Virus record (IMG/VR): IMGVR_UViG_3300035492_000067
Span: 1 to 29,039 of that record
Reading direction: 5' to 3' (one strand)
Origin: a virus
Lineage: Duplodnaviria; Caudoviricetes
Length of the DNA stretch: 29,039 nucleotides
Part shown: positions 26,464 to 29,039 of the stretch, piece by piece
How positions within the stretch are numbered: the stretch's first letter is position 1
Layout: every line of letters begins with the position of its first letter
Notes under the pieces: generated by a model
Databases searched by the model: none
The model's input: only the letters and a program-made list of their open reading frames with translations
What the model was told of the DNA's origin: nothing
Position numbers and translations under genes: made by a program

Positions 26464-26466
26464 TCA

Positions 26467-26482
26467 AGGGGCTTCGGCCCCT
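26467..26482 (+). promoter_or_regulatory. cUUCGg tetraloop hairpin between nrdA and nrdB
   Basis: AGGGGC-TTCG-GCCCCT with only a weak T-tail. Confidence 0.75.
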
Positions 26483-26497
26483 CTATTGGAGTATTAA

Positions 26498-27574
26498 ATG
26501 AGTGTATTCAATCCAAACAACAAAGGCCATGAAACTGGAAAGTATCCTATTTTCTTAGGTGACGATTTAGGTTTGTTTGATACCATCAACGTAGCATACC
26601 CCGAGTTAGAAAGGTTATATCAAACCCAATTAAGCCAAATTTGGAATGAGTTTGAGGTAGATTTAACCCAAGACAAAATGGATATGCTCTATGCCCCTAA
26701 AGAAGTTACTGACTTGATGGTTAAAACTATTAGCTGGCAACATTTGGTGGACAGTGCTGCTGCTAAGTCAATCACTTCTATTCTTATTCGTCATTGTACT
26801 AACAGCGAAGCAGAGGGAATGTTCCAAGCACAGGCATTATTTGAAGTTATTCATGCCCGTACATACTCACATATCATTAAGCAGACGTTTGTAAATCCAA
26901 CGCAAATGCTGCACGATACCTACGTTAATACTCGGGTATTGAAACGCTCAGAAGTGATTGTAGACACGTTTAATTCAATCTACAATATGCCTATTGATAC
27001 ACCACGAAAAGTCATGGTTCGTGAGTTGATTAAGACCATGTTCGCCTTAATGGGGCTTGAAGCAATCTCTTTCATGGGTAGCTTTGCGGTAACTTTTGCT
27101 ATAGGTGAAACTGATTTATACCAAGGCATCTGTAAACTGGTTGGGTTGATTTGTCGCGATGAGATTCTTCATGCCCGTATGGACTATGCGGTATTAGTTA
27201 ACCTATTAAAAGACCCTGAGTGGAAGGAAGCATTCGAAGAGTTGCGCCCTTACATTAAGAAGATTCTTGATTCTATCATCGAGCAAGAAACATCGTGGAC
27301 AGATTACCTGTTTAGTGAAGGTCGTCAGGTTGTAGGTTTAAATGCTATTCTATTAAAGGAATACATTTACTACTTAGCATATCCAATCTACCAGGCGTTT
27401 GGTATTCAATTCGACTTCCAGATTGTTAAAGAATTGCCTTTACCTTATATGCTGGAATATATCGACACCAGTGTCGTACAAACAGCAGCTCAGGAGTTAC
27501 AGTTAAGCAACTATAACATCGGGGCAATCGAGGACGACACAGACGACTTAGATTTAGAAAATCTAGAGTTTTAA
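26498..27574 (+). CDS. nrdB: Ribonucleotide reductase class Ia beta subunit
   Basis: LVDS, EVIHARTY (iron ligands and radical Tyr), LEAISF, DEILH, AQE....Y. Confidence 0.97.
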   Translation: MSVFNPNNKGHETGKYPIFLGDDLGLFDTINVAYPELERLYQTQLSQIWNEFEVDLTQDKMDMLYAPKEVTDLMVKTISWQHLVDSAAAKSITSILIRHCTNSEAEGMFQAQALFEVIHARTYSHIIKQTFVNPTQMLHDTYVNTRVLKRSEVIVDTFNSIYNMPIDTPRKVMVRELIKTMFALMGLEAISFMGSFAVTFAIGETDLYQGICKLVGLICRDEILHARMDYAVLVNLLKDPEWKEAFEELRPYIKKILDSIIEQETSWTDYLFSEGRQVVGLNAILLKEYIYYLAYPIYQAFGIQFDFQIVKELPLPYMLEYIDTSVVQTAAQELQLSNYNIGAIEDDTDDLDLENLEF

Positions 27575-27587
27575 AAAAATCTTAAAA

Positions 27588-27642
27588 AAGGGGCTTGATT
27601 ATGGCCCCTTCCTTCTTTATACTTGTGAAAGTTAAGTGAAGG
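27588..27642 (+). promoter_or_regulatory. Terminator-like hairpin overlapping promoter cassette 8
   Basis: Stem AAGGGGC/GCCCCTT enclosing TTGATT, 17-bp spacer, TATACT at 27618, GTGAAGG at 27636. Confidence 0.7.
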
Positions 27643-27653
27643 GAGTTTATATT

Positions 27654-28457
27654 ATGAATGAATTAGTGAACCTCATTAAAGAATACGTAGCACAAGCCCA
27701 CGAAAACTATGCTAAAGTCCAAAAGCGTATTATGGACAAAGCAGCAACCGCAAACCATGACCTTTCTCCTACTATAGACCGATTCGGTCGTATGCACGCA
27801 CCTTGCGATGGATATGAATGGGATGATAGAATTTTTCCAGGCGGTGCTTACTTACCATTCCCGATGGAATTTTGGGAAATGTTATCAGAACAGGCAGGGC
27901 GTCCAATAGGTCCGGGCTCTTACGAAGGTAAAGGAGCAAGAAAACACCGTATTAAAGTGACTGTCGTTGAAGCAAACGAATTAGAAGTTGCGTTAAAAGA
28001 TTTTGCAGTTGTCGGTAAAGGTAAAACATGGGATGATGGTGTTTCATGTTATGTTTACATCGAAACTTCACGTTCTGGTTTAAGTGAGCTGGTAGATACA
28101 TACCACCAAGAACAGTTGGCTATAAGAAAGGCTAAAGAGGATGCCGAGAAAGCTGCTAGACACGCCTTAAAAGGTGAAGCACCGGAAGGTCGTGTTAGTG
28201 TTAAAGGCAAAGTTTTAGCAGTTAAGGTTCAAGAGCAGGAACAATTCAGTTACTATTCTCCCACTCACGTATGGAAGATGTTGGTAGAGTTAGAAAATAA
28301 ATCTACCGTATGGGGAACAATACCATCGTCAATCGAAGAGTTAGGCTCAGGAGACGAAGTAGAGTTTACGGCGACATTTACACGGGCGGCGGATGATAAT
28401 ACTCACGCATTCTTTAAACGTCCATCTAAAGCAAAACGCACAGCGGAGGCAGCATAA
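27654..28457 (+). CDS. Hypothetical protein with C-terminal OB-fold-like domain
   Basis: ATG 27654 behind GTGAAGGGAG; EGRVSVKGKV...KMLVE...VWGT.P....GDEVEFTATF...FKRP. Confidence 0.75.
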   Translation: MNELVNLIKEYVAQAHENYAKVQKRIMDKAATANHDLSPTIDRFGRMHAPCDGYEWDDRIFPGGAYLPFPMEFWEMLSEQAGRPIGPGSYEGKGARKHRIKVTVVEANELEVALKDFAVVGKGKTWDDGVSCYVYIETSRSGLSELVDTYHQEQLAIRKAKEDAEKAARHALKGEAPEGRVSVKGKVLAVKVQEQEQFSYYSPTHVWKMLVELENKSTVWGTIPSSIEELGSGDEVEFTATFTRAADDNTHAFFKRPSKAKRTAEAA

Positions 28458-28795
28458 TGCAAATGACAGAAGATTTAATTTACGTAGCAAGAAACTTGGC
28501 TCATGCAGTAGATAAGTTAATTGACCTACACCAAAGACCGATATCCATAACCAATGAATTGGGCCTATATATTATAGTGAATGAATCTCCTACCATTGAT
28601 GAAGATTGGAGAAAGGCTTTAGTAGGTGCCCTAAATGATCGTGACATTCTATCCGTAAAAGATGGGAAGCGTTTGTCTAGAGTAGGTTGCTCTTCAGAAA
28701 ATAACTTTATAATTGATCTATATGATGTGCTACAATTATTTCCAGATAAAAGACTTGTTGACGAAATAGTAAAATTAAATTGGGTAACGAAATGA
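28457..28795 (+). CDS. Hypothetical protein
   Basis: SD GGAGG; TAATG coupling. Confidence 0.78.
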   Translation: MQMTEDLIYVARNLAHAVDKLIDLHQRPISITNELGLYIIVNESPTIDEDWRKALVGALNDRDILSVKDGKRLSRVGCSSENNFIIDLYDVLQLFPDKRLVDEIVKLNWVTK

Positions 28796-29039
28796 TTCCA
28801 AAATTTAAAGTTGGTGATATCTGTATAATCATTAAGGCAAGTAATCTTACGAACATTGGCAAACAAATTACAATCGTCGAAGTGTTAGGTACGTTGAAAG
28901 TACACAAAAGACATTATGTATTCTCAAAACCCGAAGAGTGGTTCATACCTAGAGTAGATGAGCCTTATTATATCGTTAAAGGTGACGGGTTAGTTGATGG
29001 TGCTGGTAAAGTCGGTATTGTGATGGCTTGTAACGAGTC
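28792..29039 (+). CDS. Hypothetical protein, 3'-partial
   Basis: ATGA-coupled start; MIPKFKVGDICIIIK... is open to the window end. Confidence 0.75.
   Translation, partial: MIPKFKVGDICIIIKASNLTNIGKQITIVEVLGTLKVHKRHYVFSKPEEWFIPRVDEPYYIVKGDGLVDGAGKVGIVMACNE

Noticed and set aside
24271-27574. Intron or intein in nrdA/nrdB
   Set aside because: Both ORFs are uninterrupted and of ordinary length (730 and 358 aa).
14297-27638. GTG starts at 14297, 15844 and 27636 given by the ORF track
   Set aside because: These GTGs belong to the GTGAAGG ribosome-binding motif; the downstream ATGs are properly spaced.
5744-28907. Short nested or minus-strand ORFs inside ligase, gp59, gp32, RNA ligase, rIIA/B, nrdA and the last genes
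   Set aside because: They lie wholly or largely within well-supported genes and show no recognisable motifs.

Overview
AT-rich segment of a lytic T4-superfamily myovirus genome. The host is probably a Gram-negative gammaproteobacterium, inferred from the spanins, lipoproteins and sigma70-type promoters. Bases 1-4834 (minus strand) encode a very large modular tail fibre/receptor-binding protein that runs off the window and is interrupted by one in-frame TAA at 4172-4174. Everything else is on the plus strand: DNA ligase, two FmdB-type zinc ribbons, PhoH, a PD-(D/E)XK exonuclease, a lytic transglycosylase, gp33, gp59, gp32, a truncated PRPP-synthetase-like gene, RNA ligase, macrodomain and NADAR proteins, rIIA and rIIB split by an inserted gene, probable head-packaged proteins, i-/o-spanin, glutaredoxin, class Ia nrdA/nrdB and many small hypothetical genes. 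The clearest unexplained pattern is an intergenic cassette present eight times: a sigma70-like promoter overlaid by a sequence-variable inverted repeat, followed by a GTGAAGG leader. A ninth copy on the minus strand points antisense into the spanin genes. No tRNA, rRNA, CRISPR array or integrase was recognised. All calls were made by eye, without database searches.
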